Below are positions 23,121 through 33,428 of a DNA stretch of 64,000 nucleotides, one piece after another. Position numbers and translations under genes: made by a program. Each line of letters begins with the position of its first letter. Position 1 is the stretch's first letter. The stretch is from Thecamonas trahens ATCC 50062 (taxonomy: Eukaryota; Protista; Apusomonadida): the NCBI RefSeq assembly GCF_000142905.1, contig NW_013657666.1, positions 134,631-198,630 on the forward strand. The letters are read 5' to 3'. Under the pieces are notes generated by a model. That model was not told the origin of the DNA. It ran no database searches and saw nothing but the letters and a program-made list of their open reading frames with translations.

Positions 23121-26100
23121 TCACCGCCTCACCTCGACCCGACACTCGCCACCACCGGATCGCACCACTGGGATGCGCCACGCCCTCGCTGACGCGCCGG
23201 CGCCACCGACCATGCCTTCGACAACCTCGATGTCCATCAGCGCGCCTGCAACATCCTCGCGGACGCCGACCACCGCCCAACGCACAGACCGGGTCTCCGA
23301 GCCCAGCACATGCAGCGTCGCCTTGCGGTCGCCGCCAAACACAAATGACGGGCCGCCCGAGACCTTCAGCGTCACCTCGACGGGCACACTGCGATCGTTG
23401 ACAATGTCCAGCTCGACGGGAAACGGCTCGCCGACCTTGCACCGCCGCGGCGCGTGAAGGACGGCACGGAGCGGCACGGAGCGCACGATGTACTCGGGCA
23501 CGTTAAAGACAGAGGTCACCGCCTCACTCTCGCTCTCAGCCCGCCGCCAAGTCACAGACACCACGGCCCCGCGCCACTTGCCCACGCTCCGCGCCTTGAC
23601 CGCAAACACAGCGTTCCACGACTCGCCCTGCGCTAGCGCCGTTGCCGGCGCGTGCTCCGAGACCACCACCACGTCTGCCGCGTGTGCGCCTCCGCCCTTC
23701 TCTCCCGAGATCGACACAGTGGCGCCTTCCACCACCACATCGTGCGCCGCCGAGTACTCGAGCCGGAGCATGAGATACGCAACCTCGCCGACAACCCACG
23801 GCAGCGGGTTGAGCTCAAAGTGTGGTACAAACGGCTCGCAGAGCGGAACCACAAACAGGTGCGCCTTGCGCACTCCGTCCGCAACTTCGATCACCGCCCG
23901 GAGCGCAATCTCCGCCGCACCCGACGCCTCCAGCGACGTCATCGACATCATCGAGGCCGCCGCCCCGCCGTTGCCGAGACTGCTGCCGACAGGTGCCGGC
24001 CCAGACACCAGCACAACTTCGGCGTCGGCGCACTCGTCGGCCTGCATCGCGCCGACACTGTGCTCTGCGTCCTCCAGCGCCAGCGCAACGCCAATCGCTC
24101 GCGACGCGTCGACAGGCTCCACCCGGAGCGCGCCACCGGTCACTGCCTCCCGGGCCGTCAGTGTCACCCGAACCGGGTACCGCTCGCCGATGAGCGCTGG
24201 CGGCGCGTGCATCACCACAATGTCGAGCGCCGGCGGGGGGTGCTCGACATCGACGGGCGCAATCGGCACCTTCCCAACGCGCAGGACGAGCGCGTTGGGC
24301 GTCGGCCCGACGTCAAACGCGAGCTCGGTCACCGTCAGCTTGCCCGGCGCTGTCGGCACAAAGCTCGTCTCGAGCCGGACAACCCGTGCCGAGTCGAGGA
24401 GGCCCGACGGAACGTCAAACGTCAGCGAGCACCCGCCACCGCCACTCACCGCAGCCGTCACCTTGTTCACAATGAGTGGCGCAGGCGTGAGTGCCCGGAG
24501 CAGGATGGCAACACGGAGCTCGGTTCCGATGAGGGCTGTCGAAGCGCCAAACGCTGCCGAGAGCTCAAACGCCGGAATGCTCAGCTCGGTCAGGTCAAGA
24601 ACCACTCCATCTCCGCCTCCCGAGCCTGTAACAGGTACGGGCAGGACGTCGATGTCAGCCGGCGCTGCCGCACCGACCGCAGCGTGGATCCGCGTCAGCG
24701 CTTCGGCTCGGACCTCCAGCGGCGCGCTCGTTGCCAGTGCCAGTCGCAGCGCGTACTCGAGACTGGGAGTCAGTGCGCCAGACGCCGTCGCTGCCACCAC
24801 CATCTTGCGCAGCATGTCGACCGTGATGGCGTGCCAGGCTTCACCGGCAAAGACCGGGTACAGCCGCTGGTAGAAGACCAGTGCCTTGTCATAGTTGCCG
24901 GCGTCGTAGTGGGCCTCCGCCATCAGCCGACCAATCCGCGCCAACGTCCGTGCCGCGCGGGGTCGTTCGGCGTTGTAGTAGTCGTGCGCAAGCGTGAGGA
25001 ACCGAAGGACCAGCGCGTGAACATCGACCGTCGCCTCCAGCGCCGCCAGAGTAGCCTGGGTCTCCTCGGATGGAAGCAAGCCGATGGCGCCGAGGCCCGA
25101 GAAGAGCAGCGCTGCCGGCTCCTGTGCAGGCGCGTGTGCCGCAATTCGGTCTTCCATTGCAGATACAACGCCGGTCGCCAGCTGCGACGCCGCCCGCCGC
25201 GACGTCGCCGCCGCTGCCTGCTGGTAGCAGTATCCGGGAACAAGGAGCGGATGCGGCTTGGAGAGCGACGACACGCCGGGCACTCCGTACCTCTCCACCA
25301 GAGCAGCGAGGACGTGGTACTGACGAGCAACCCAAGCGTGACCTGCGTACGCGAGGTGCGACGGCGCTAGCCATGTTGCTGCCAGCCCGCGGTCAAAAAC
25401 TGCCATGTGGCCCTTGAACTGAGCCACGACCTCGCCTCCGTCGTCGGCCGCAAAGTACGCCCCAAGGATCTTAAAGTGCACCAGCTCTGCCACGCAGAGG
25501 ACCTGCAGCGCATGTGGTGGCGAGACCGGCTGCACTTCGCGAAGGAACGAGTACGCCGACTTGTAGTACTTGAGCGCCGACGAGCCGCCACCGACGCCGG
25601 CCACCTCGCCCTGCAGCTCGCGGAGAAGCGCCATCGTCAGGTACGCCCGCACAATGTCGGGCTGTTGGCTCGTCTTGTCAAGCGCCTCCTTCTCGCGCCG
25701 GATCCGACGCGCCTCATCCTGGTAGTACGACGCCGCAAGGTCAGTCAGCGCCTTGCCGAGCTTGGCCATGGCCGACACGTCGTCGCCGCCGGCCGAGACC
25801 ACAAAGATCCGCTTCGACGCCAGCGACGTCGCCGCCCGGATCGCCGCCAACACCTCCTTTTGCGACTCAGACGAGTCGGGCTCCATCTCCTGGACCAGGA
25901 CCGCCACAACCTTGGTCGACGTCGCCTTGGCCGCCGCCGTCACGTCGTGCACAATTGCGCCTGCAGCCTCGGCGTCCTGCGCCAACTCGTACGGCAGAAA
26001 GACTGCTACAACAGCAGGCGTCCCCGTCGTGATGTGTGAGAGCAGCGCCGTCGGCAGGATGGCCTCGGGCGAGGCTGGGACTGGTGCATCCTCGGGCGGT

Positions 26101-26191
26101 CGATACGGCAACGGCGGTCGGGTCGGCGCCAGCGCGGCAAAGGCCTCCGTCGCCTTGGGCGCCGCCAGCGCCTCTGCGATCCGCCTTTGCC
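23121..26191 (-). CDS. TRAPPC11: TRAPP complex subunit 11 (foie gras/gryzun) last exon; upstream exon at or within the gap
   Basis: LLSH..PAVVAVF, ALKYY..AY, AELVHFKI, QFKGH, WVARQYHVLA, PGYCYQQAA, MAEAHY followed by Ig-like domains; branch CTAAC at ~26222-26226, acceptor at 26192. Confidence 0.8.
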
Positions 26192-26536
26192 CTGCGAGTA
26201 CCAGCCACCAACCACAAGCAAGTTAGTGCATAGGACGAGGGGAGGGGGAGCGGGGAGGAGGGGGGGGGGGGGGGGGGGAGGGGGGGTACTACGAGTCGGA
26301 CGACGGCCCGTCGGTCGGGNNNNNNNNNNNNNNNNNNNNNNNNNNNNNNNNNNNNNNNNNNNNNNNNNNNNNNNNNNNNNNNNNNNNNNNNNNNNNNNNN
26401 NNNNNNNNNNNNNNNNNNNNNNNNNNNNNNNNNNNNNNNNNNNNNNNNNNNNNNNNNNNNNNNNNNNNNNNNNNNNNNNNNNNNNNNNNNNNNNNNNNNN
26501 NNNNNNNNNAAGGGTAGGTGGTATAGTGTGTGTGTG

Positions 26537-26594
<58 letters not shown>

Positions 26595-26787
26595 GTGTGT
26601 GTGCGTGTGTGCGTGTGTGGTGGGTGGAGTGGGGTGTCCCCCGTCCGTGTGCCTCGCGTGTCCCCCGGTCATGCCCCCCCCCACCCCCCCCTCCTCCGTG
26701 TTCTTCCCCACCTCTCCACCACCACCACCACCACTACCACTACTACTACCACCACCGCTGCTTGGTCCTTTCGTGGCAGGCGGGATT

Positions 26788-27609
26788 ATGGCTGACAACG
26801 GGCTCGAGTCGGGCGGGGTGTACGCTCCAAGTGGCGGGTCGACGACGACAAGCACAGCGGCAGCATCGGTGACGGTCTACCCGGCGCGGTCGCGCGAGAG
26901 CGTGCCGTATGGTGCAGGACGACCGGCACGGGTGATCAAGACCCTGCCTGATGGATCGCGCATGTTTGCCGAGCAAGACCCCGGGCTGGTCCTTCATCCA
27001 CAGGCTGCACAGCTCCGCACCACACACCGCCGCGGCGGCGGCTACCACCGCCAGCTACACACCGCTCGCGGAGCTGGAAGCTCGTTGTGGGAGCGGTACG
27101 ACGAAGAGTACGACGAAGATAGCATAGATGACTATGGCAGCCCTAACCGTGATCCGCGTCTCCCGACTGTCGATCGCTACGCGCACCCAGATATGTGGCA
27201 GGCGTACTTTGCTGCGCGGACCCAGGTCGCCCGCGATCGCGAGCTGCGTCTTGCCGACGCGTCTGCCGCTGTGGCACGCGCCAAGGCTGCAATGGCTGCG
27301 GCCGCCGACGCCGACGTCGACAACGAGTTTGGTTATCGCCCCCTTGCCTACAGATCTTCATTAGCATCGACAGCGATCCGCTCGCCGCGCTCCCCTCCGC
27401 ACCCGCGCTCCCCGCCGCCGCCGTCGTCGCCGTGGCATGCCGGCGTTTACGCCTCGGATCGGGTGCTAGTGGTGGTGAGCCCACCTACACCTGCACGTAC
27501 ATCCGCATTGCTGCACTCGCCACAGTTGGATGCCAGCGGCGGAATGAGCCGTGCCGACTACGCGCGCTCGATCTACGGCAAGACGCCGTCACCGCGGCGA
27601 CGACGATGA
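26788..27609 (+). CDS. Hypothetical protein (273 aa)
   Basis: ATG after CA/C-rich leader; open frame with a helical YFAARTQVARDRELRL segment; no recognised domain. Confidence 0.5.
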   Translation: MADNGLESGGVYAPSGGSTTTSTAAASVTVYPARSRESVPYGAGRPARVIKTLPDGSRMFAEQDPGLVLHPQAAQLRTTHRRGGGYHRQLHTARGAGSSLWERYDEEYDEDSIDDYGSPNRDPRLPTVDRYAHPDMWQAYFAARTQVARDRELRLADASAAVARAKAAMAAAADADVDNEFGYRPLAYRSSLASTAIRSPRSPPHPRSPPPPSSPWHAGVYASDRVLVVVSPPTPARTSALLHSPQLDASGGMSRADYARSIYGKTPSPRRRR

Positions 27610-29388
27610 TTCGCCGCCACCTGCTCGGTGTACCTCGAGCGTCGCCAGCATCTCGCTGTTACCAGCCTCGCTTGCGAGCTGTACCAGCTTTGGCATCGGC
27701 AACCACCGCCGACACTTGGACCCGCGATGGTGGGCGAGGAGCCTCTCCACAATGGCCGTGTGCCCATTGAAGACCGCCACCCTGAGCGGCGCATGGTTCC
27801 TCACCGACGGATCGACCTCGGGTTGGGTGAGAAGAAATGTCACGACATCTTTCCGCCCGTTTCCAGCCGCCCATTCAATGGCGGTGTTGCCGTGGACGCT
27901 GGCGGTCACGCCGTCGCACGCCAGCAGCTCCTGTGCGGCCTCCAAGTGGCCCTGCGCGCAAGCTGTGGTGAACGGGTCACAGTCGCGGACTGTCGCATCG
28001 GCGCCGTTGGCCAGGAGCAACCGTACCAGTTCGACGTTCCCTCTCTTTGTCGAGTTCTGTAGCGCAGCGTTGTTCCGCGCGCTCACGTCGACGCCACCGC
28101 TAGCCAACAGCAACCGCACGGTCTCGACGTCACCAAGCCAGGCGGCGCGCCGCAGCGCCTCCGACTCGTCGGCGCCGGGTGCCACACCAGGCTCGTCAAG
28201 CATTAGCGCTACAATCGCGCTGTGGCTCCCGTCGACCGCCGCCATTAGCACGTCGTTGACAAGCTCGGCGGTTCGGATGCCCGGGCGCGAGAGCAGCCGC
28301 ACTACCGCCTCGCGATGGCCGTGCTTTGCGGCCTCTATCGCTGCGACCTGGATTGTTTCCGGCGTAAACTCGCCAGCATCAAGAAGCTTGTCAATCGTGC
28401 TGCTCGAGCCGCGCATGCCGCACGCCACAACAAGCGCCTGGCCGCCTTCGACCTCGGCCGAAAGCGTCGGCGACTGCAGCAGCAGCTCGACCACGTCCGA
28501 GTGGCCCGACCGGCAGGCAAAGAACAGCGCACTGGCACGATCGGCGGCAGCATCGACGCCGCTCTCGAGAAGCTTCGAGACCACTGCAGCATGTCCAGAC
28601 TTGGCTGCCGACAAAAGGGCCAGCTCTAAGGTCTTGCCAAAGCTCGCTGTCGGGCAGCTGTCGAGACATGCGCCGACGGCGCTGGCTTGGCCCGCCAGGG
28701 CCGCAGACAGCAAGCCCGGCCGGGCGTCGACGTCTGCGGCGAGCAAGACGCGAACCACCGCGACCGCGCCAATCTTGCACGCCTGTTCGAGATGGGCGGT
28801 AGTCGGCGTCGTGCCGCTGTCGACAAGCGCGGCTACGAGTCGATCGAGCCGGCCGTCGATGGCCCAGGCGAGGATACCGCGAGTCCGCCGCGGCTGGCCC
28901 AGCCGCTGCCGCCACGCCGCCAGCGGGCGACCGTACGCGCCCATCGCAGGCGTCTGCACTCCGATGGCGGCCATCTCCATCGCAAGTGCCATCCATGCGG
29001 GATCGTCCTCGTCGGCAGCGGCAAAGATGTCAGCCACAAGGTTGTGGTGCATGAAGAGATCGCCGCCTGTGGTGCCGCACTCTCGGCTCGCCGCGGCAGC
29101 CGCAATGTCAGCTAGTGCCCGTCGAGCGCCTCGCCACCACTCTCTCGCTACACACACACTCCATCCGGCCAGATGATGTACGCGGCCAGTGCCAAACTGG
29201 TCGCCCATGAGCTGGTCCCGCAGCCTGGTGCAGGTCGTCGCCAGCGCCAGCACATCACCACACTGCAGACCACACTCAAAGGCAATAAGATGTAATAACT
29301 CGGCGGGGAGCGCATCCAGCCGAGCTTCATGCGTAGAGGAGCCCAAACCTATGCTATTGAGCATGATACCAACCTGGGTCTCGCACAT
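27589..29388 (-). CDS. F-box-like + ankyrin-repeat protein
   Basis: LDALPAELLHLIA...LALATTCTRLR (F-box-like); about ten ankyrin repeats (AA..GH..VV..LL; VDPSVRNHAPLR). Confidence 0.85.
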   Translation of the reverse strand: MCETQVGIMLNSIGLGSSTHEARLDALPAELLHLIAFECGLQCGDVLALATTCTRLRDQLMGDQFGTGRVHHLAGWSVCVAREWWRGARRALADIAAAAASRECGTTGGDLFMHHNLVADIFAAADEDDPAWMALAMEMAAIGVQTPAMGAYGRPLAAWRQRLGQPRRTRGILAWAIDGRLDRLVAALVDSGTTPTTAHLEQACKIGAVAVVRVLLAADVDARPGLLSAALAGQASAVGACLDSCPTASFGKTLELALLSAAKSGHAAVVSKLLESGVDAAADRASALFFACRSGHSDVVELLLQSPTLSAEVEGGQALVVACGMRGSSSTIDKLLDAGEFTPETIQVAAIEAAKHGHREAVVRLLSRPGIRTAELVNDVLMAAVDGSHSAIVALMLDEPGVAPGADESEALRRAAWLGDVETVRLLLASGGVDVSARNNAALQNSTKRGNVELVRLLLANGADATVRDCDPFTTACAQGHLEAAQELLACDGVTASVHGNTAIEWAAGNGRKDVVTFLLTQPEVDPSVRNHAPLRVAVFNGHTAIVERLLAHHRGSKCRRWLPMPKLVQLASEAGNSEMLATLEVHRAGGGESSSSPR

Positions 29389-29603
29389 GACGCGATCTGC
29401 AAGTGCGGTGAATCGATGACTCGCACAGCTTCCTCAACTTGCCGCACAACGCGTCGCAAGCAAGTTGCGGCAAATCGGTTGAACGGTCGCAGAGTGACCG
29501 ACGGTGACTGGCAGGGACTGGTACCGCCGCCACGACCAACAACAGCGGCACACGGGCAGGCACTGCTGCCGACAGACCTTACTCTCACCTTGCGCCCGCG
29601 GAC

Positions 29604-30991
29604 ATGGACGACGACTTTCCCCGAGTAGGTGTCTCCAACCCCTTCCTCCTCCTCCTCCTCCTCCTCCTCCTTACCCCCTGCACACTCACCCCCCCCCCCC
29701 CCCCCCCCCCCTCCCCTGTCACAGGCCCGTGCAAAGTGGGAGTTTGTGGCGTCGGGCGACAACCAGCTCTCGTTTCCCAAGGATGCGGTGCTGACGGTAC
29801 TGGACCAGGTCTCGTACGGTGATTGGTGGCTGTGCGAGGACAAGGATGGCGACGAGGGCATTGTGCCGTCAAACTATCTGGAAATCGTGCCGAGGGTCCT
29901 CTCTACCGCAGAGAGGCTCGAAGCCGAGGCCGAGAAAGCCAAGGCCGCAGAGAGTGCTGTGGGCGGAGGTACGTCGGTCAAGGACCGCAAGGCTTTTCTT
30001 CTCAAGGCGCTGCCGGTCGGCATGGGCGGCGGAAACACCGCCGCCCGCAAGGATCCGTCAAAGACATCACGCAAGCTCGAGCACAAGACGCTGGACAGGC
30101 CCATCGCGCCTCGCGCCGGTCGCCGGCCGCGCCGCACCGCGCGCCGTACCGCGGCTGCTGCCCAGCCGGCCGCTAGCCCGACGTCTGCGACCGCCGGCAG
30201 CGGCTCGACCCGCCGGCGCCGCCACCGCCGTTCACACGCCACTGGCGACACCGCAAGCCCGACAGGAGCCGCACCGGAGACCGGAGCTAACACAGCAGAG
30301 CTTGAGCGCCTGCGCGCCGAGCTTGCTGCGCTCCGTGCCTCGTCCCGGCGCAAGGACTCGCGCAACGCGCAGATCGACATTGAGCTCGCCAATGCCAAGG
30401 AGGCGCTGGTTGCCAAAGACGAGGAGCTGGCCAAGCTCCGGACGCAGCTTGCAGACGAAAAGGACATCTCCGAATCGCTTGAAGAAGAGTTGGCCGAGGT
30501 GCGTGCCGAGGTCAAGGCTGCGTCGGCAGCGTCGGCCGCGTCTGCGGCGTCTGCTCAGTCGGCCGACGCTGCCAAGGTTCGCGAGCTCGAGAACGCCCTG
30601 GCCGCTGCCAAGACCAAGGCTGCCGCCGCCGTCGAGAAGCACCGCGCCGAGATTGCCGCCCTCGAGAGCCGCCTCCGCGAAGAGGCCGCTGCCGCCTCGG
30701 CCGCCGCCGCTGCCTCGGCCGCCGCCGCCTCTGGCGACGATGCCGGCCTCCGCGTTGCCCTCGAGACTGAGACTGCCAAAGCGCCGCGCTGCAGAGGACG
30801 ACTATGCCTCGCTTCATGCCAAGTTGGCCAAGGTCCAGCGCCGCCTCAAGAAGGAGTCGGCGTCCAAGGAGCGGATGGAGGACTCCATCAAGAAGCTCGA
30901 GGCAGAGCTCCGCCTCTTCAAGTCCAAGCTCTCCCAGCTCCTGGGCCTCATTGAGCAGCGCAAGGCGCTCAAGACCAAGGCCACTGCATAG
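29604..30991 (+). CDS. SH3 + capping-protein-interaction motif + coiled-coil adaptor (CD2AP/CIN85-like); intron 29625..29724; extra A at 30778-30780
   Basis: MDDDFPR|ARAKWEFVASGDNQLSF..DWW..GIVPSNYL (SH3); LEHKTLDRP..RRP; heptad coil continues in the frame ending at TAG 30991. Confidence 0.85.
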
Positions 30992-31388
30992 TCAGTGTGC
31001 TCTGCTGCGAATACATCACTTTCCTACCGCCCCCCCCCCCNNNNNNNNNNNNNNNNNNNNNNNNNNNNNNNNNNNNNNNNNNNNNNNNNNNNNNNNNNNN
31101 NNNNNNNNNNNNNNNNNNNNNNNNNNNNNNNNNNNNNNNNNNNNNNNNNNNNNNNNNNNNNNNNNNNNNNNNNNNNNNNNNNNNNNNNNNNNNNNNNNNN
31201 NNNNNNNNNNNNNNNNNNNNNNNNNNNNNNNNNNNNNNNNNNNNNNNNNNNNNNNNNNNNNNNNNNNNNNNNNNNNNNNNNNNNNNNNNNNNNNNNGCCG
31301 CCACCGATACCAGCGTCTCGCCCGTCTCGCGGCAGCCCACGCGGACACCACGACTTCTCCACACGCTCCGCCGTAAGACGCACGGCCA

Positions 31389-33266
31389 ATGGAGGCCTTT
31401 GCCGAGGCAACAGGAGTACAGTCGCCTTCGGCGGCGACTGTCAAGCAGCTGCGTAGCTTTCTGGAAAGCCAGGGTGTACGTGGGGGGAGGGGGGGGGGGG
31501 GGGGAGGGGGGGGCGGGGAGGGGGGACAGAGGGACAGGGGTGTCAGCCTCGTGCACCACTGCACACGCTTGCACATGCCCGCACTGGTCGACGTCCACAC
31601 TCACATGCACGCCCTGCCTTGTGTATGTGTGTAGGCTGAGCTCAAGTCGAGGATGCGCAAGGCCGAGCTGGTAGCCATGGCGACTACGCTGGTAGAGGCC
31701 GGGGAGGAGGCCGAGTCAAGGGAGGAGGCCGAGACTGGGGCTGTTGTCGGGGTTGAGGCTGTGACTGCGATCAAGGCCGAAGCTGCTGGTGAGTGGAGCG
31801 CGGCGCAGATCCGAGCAGCGGCAACGCGGACAACGTCGGTGGTGCTGGCGGTGTGGGCGTACATCGTGGTGTACTCGCTGGTGGTGAGCGCGATCACCGA
31901 GGCCCCGTGGTGGGCCATGGTGGCATACTACGCCATCGGAATGGGCTTCCTGTACAACATGCACTGGTTAGTCCATCAGCCGTGGGCTTGGCCCATCTAC
32001 ACTGCACACGCCTATCACCATGAGGTCGAGTGTCCACCGACAGCGTTCTTGGCCGGGGCCGAGGGCTCGTGGTTGGAGCGTGTGGCGCTGACCTCTGGCG
32101 GGCTGGCCATCATCGCTGCAACCGTTGTGCTGCTCGGTGTTCCGGTCGGCGTCGCTGTTGGTGCCCTCGGACTGTATGCCTGGATGGGCGCGCTCGGCTC
32201 GTACATGCATGGCGCGTTCCACACTCGCGATCACTGGCTGGAGAAGCACGACTGGTTCCGCGTCCTCCGTGCCATGCACTACATCCACCACGTCGGCGAC
32301 CGGCCCGGCTACGGCATTGACGTCGACGTCCTCACCCAGCCGCGCATGGCCGAGGCCTGTGCGCCGCTTACTCCCGACTCGCTTGTCCTTGTCTCGCACT
32401 ATGCACAGGTCCCACCGCCGGATGGGTTTCTGGCTTTGGCGCCAGTGACGCGCTCCCACATTGCGGCTGCGGCGCAGGTCGGGCCGCTCATTGCATACTC
32501 GCTGTCAATGGAGATCCCGCTGCCGCTACCCGGCCCGGCCGGTGGCTTTCCGGACACGCAGCAGCGTATGGAGTGGGCTGTCAGCCGCGGGTTTGGCGCG
32601 CTCCTCGTCCGCCTCTCGCTCTCGGTGGCGCTCGCGCTCACGTGGATCATCTCGCACAACATGCTCACCTCGATGTCGGTCACCGTCGAGCCCAAGCAGG
32701 CGGCATCGTTCGCCATCGGCGACACCCTGCACGAGATCACCTATCTCTGGCACCACTACCTCGCAGCCTATCCCGAGACAGCCGCGGCTATCATCCTGGG
32801 CCTCGACGCTCTCATCGACATTCTGGTCTTCTCCATCATTGTTGTTGCCGTCATGGGTCCGACCATGCGACCAGTCTTTTCCGGATACGCCTCGGTTGTT
32901 CTCCGCCAGATCGCTCAGCTCCTCTGCGAGCTTCCGGCCCCCTCGTCGTCGCTGTGGACGCCGTCGGCGTCGAGCCCGCTCCTCTTCCACGCCTACGCCA
33001 CTAATGTGGACTTTTTCTTCTCCATGTACCCCGCCATCGCCGTCGTCGCCTCGGTCGAGCTCCTCCGTATCCTTCCCCGGGGGGCGGCCATCCAGACCAC
33101 GCTGACCACCTGTGGCGCCATCGTCCTCGTCGCCGGCATTTCGATCCTCATCGCCATCCTCCGCATGGACTGGACGCTCTCGCTCTTCACGGGCGTCCTC
33201 GCCGGTGCCTTTGCCGTCCTCGTCGGCGCTCGTGTCGCCCCCTTTGTCGACGTCCTCTTGCCGTAA
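31389..33266 (+). CDS. Fusion: HeH/SAP-like domain + fatty-acid hydroxylase (di-metal His boxes) + degenerate PAP2/sphingomyelin-synthase-like domain; intron 31476..31634
   Basis: Phase-0 GTACGT...TGTAG splice gives PSAATVKQLRSFLESQG|AELKSRMRKAELVAMA; His boxes HWLVH, HAYHH, HGAFH, HYIHH; C-terminal TMs with IGDTLH, LPAP, DFFFS. Confidence 0.75.
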
Positions 33267-33428
33267 CCTGTCGCCGGAGCACGCCTGCCTCCCACGATCA
33301 TGATCAAAGCTGTACACGTGCTGCAACACCACCACACTCGAATCGGCTGGAGGTACCACAGCCAGAGCCAATCCACTTCTCTCCCCCCCCCCCCCCACAC
33401 ACACACACGCACACACCACACCACACCC

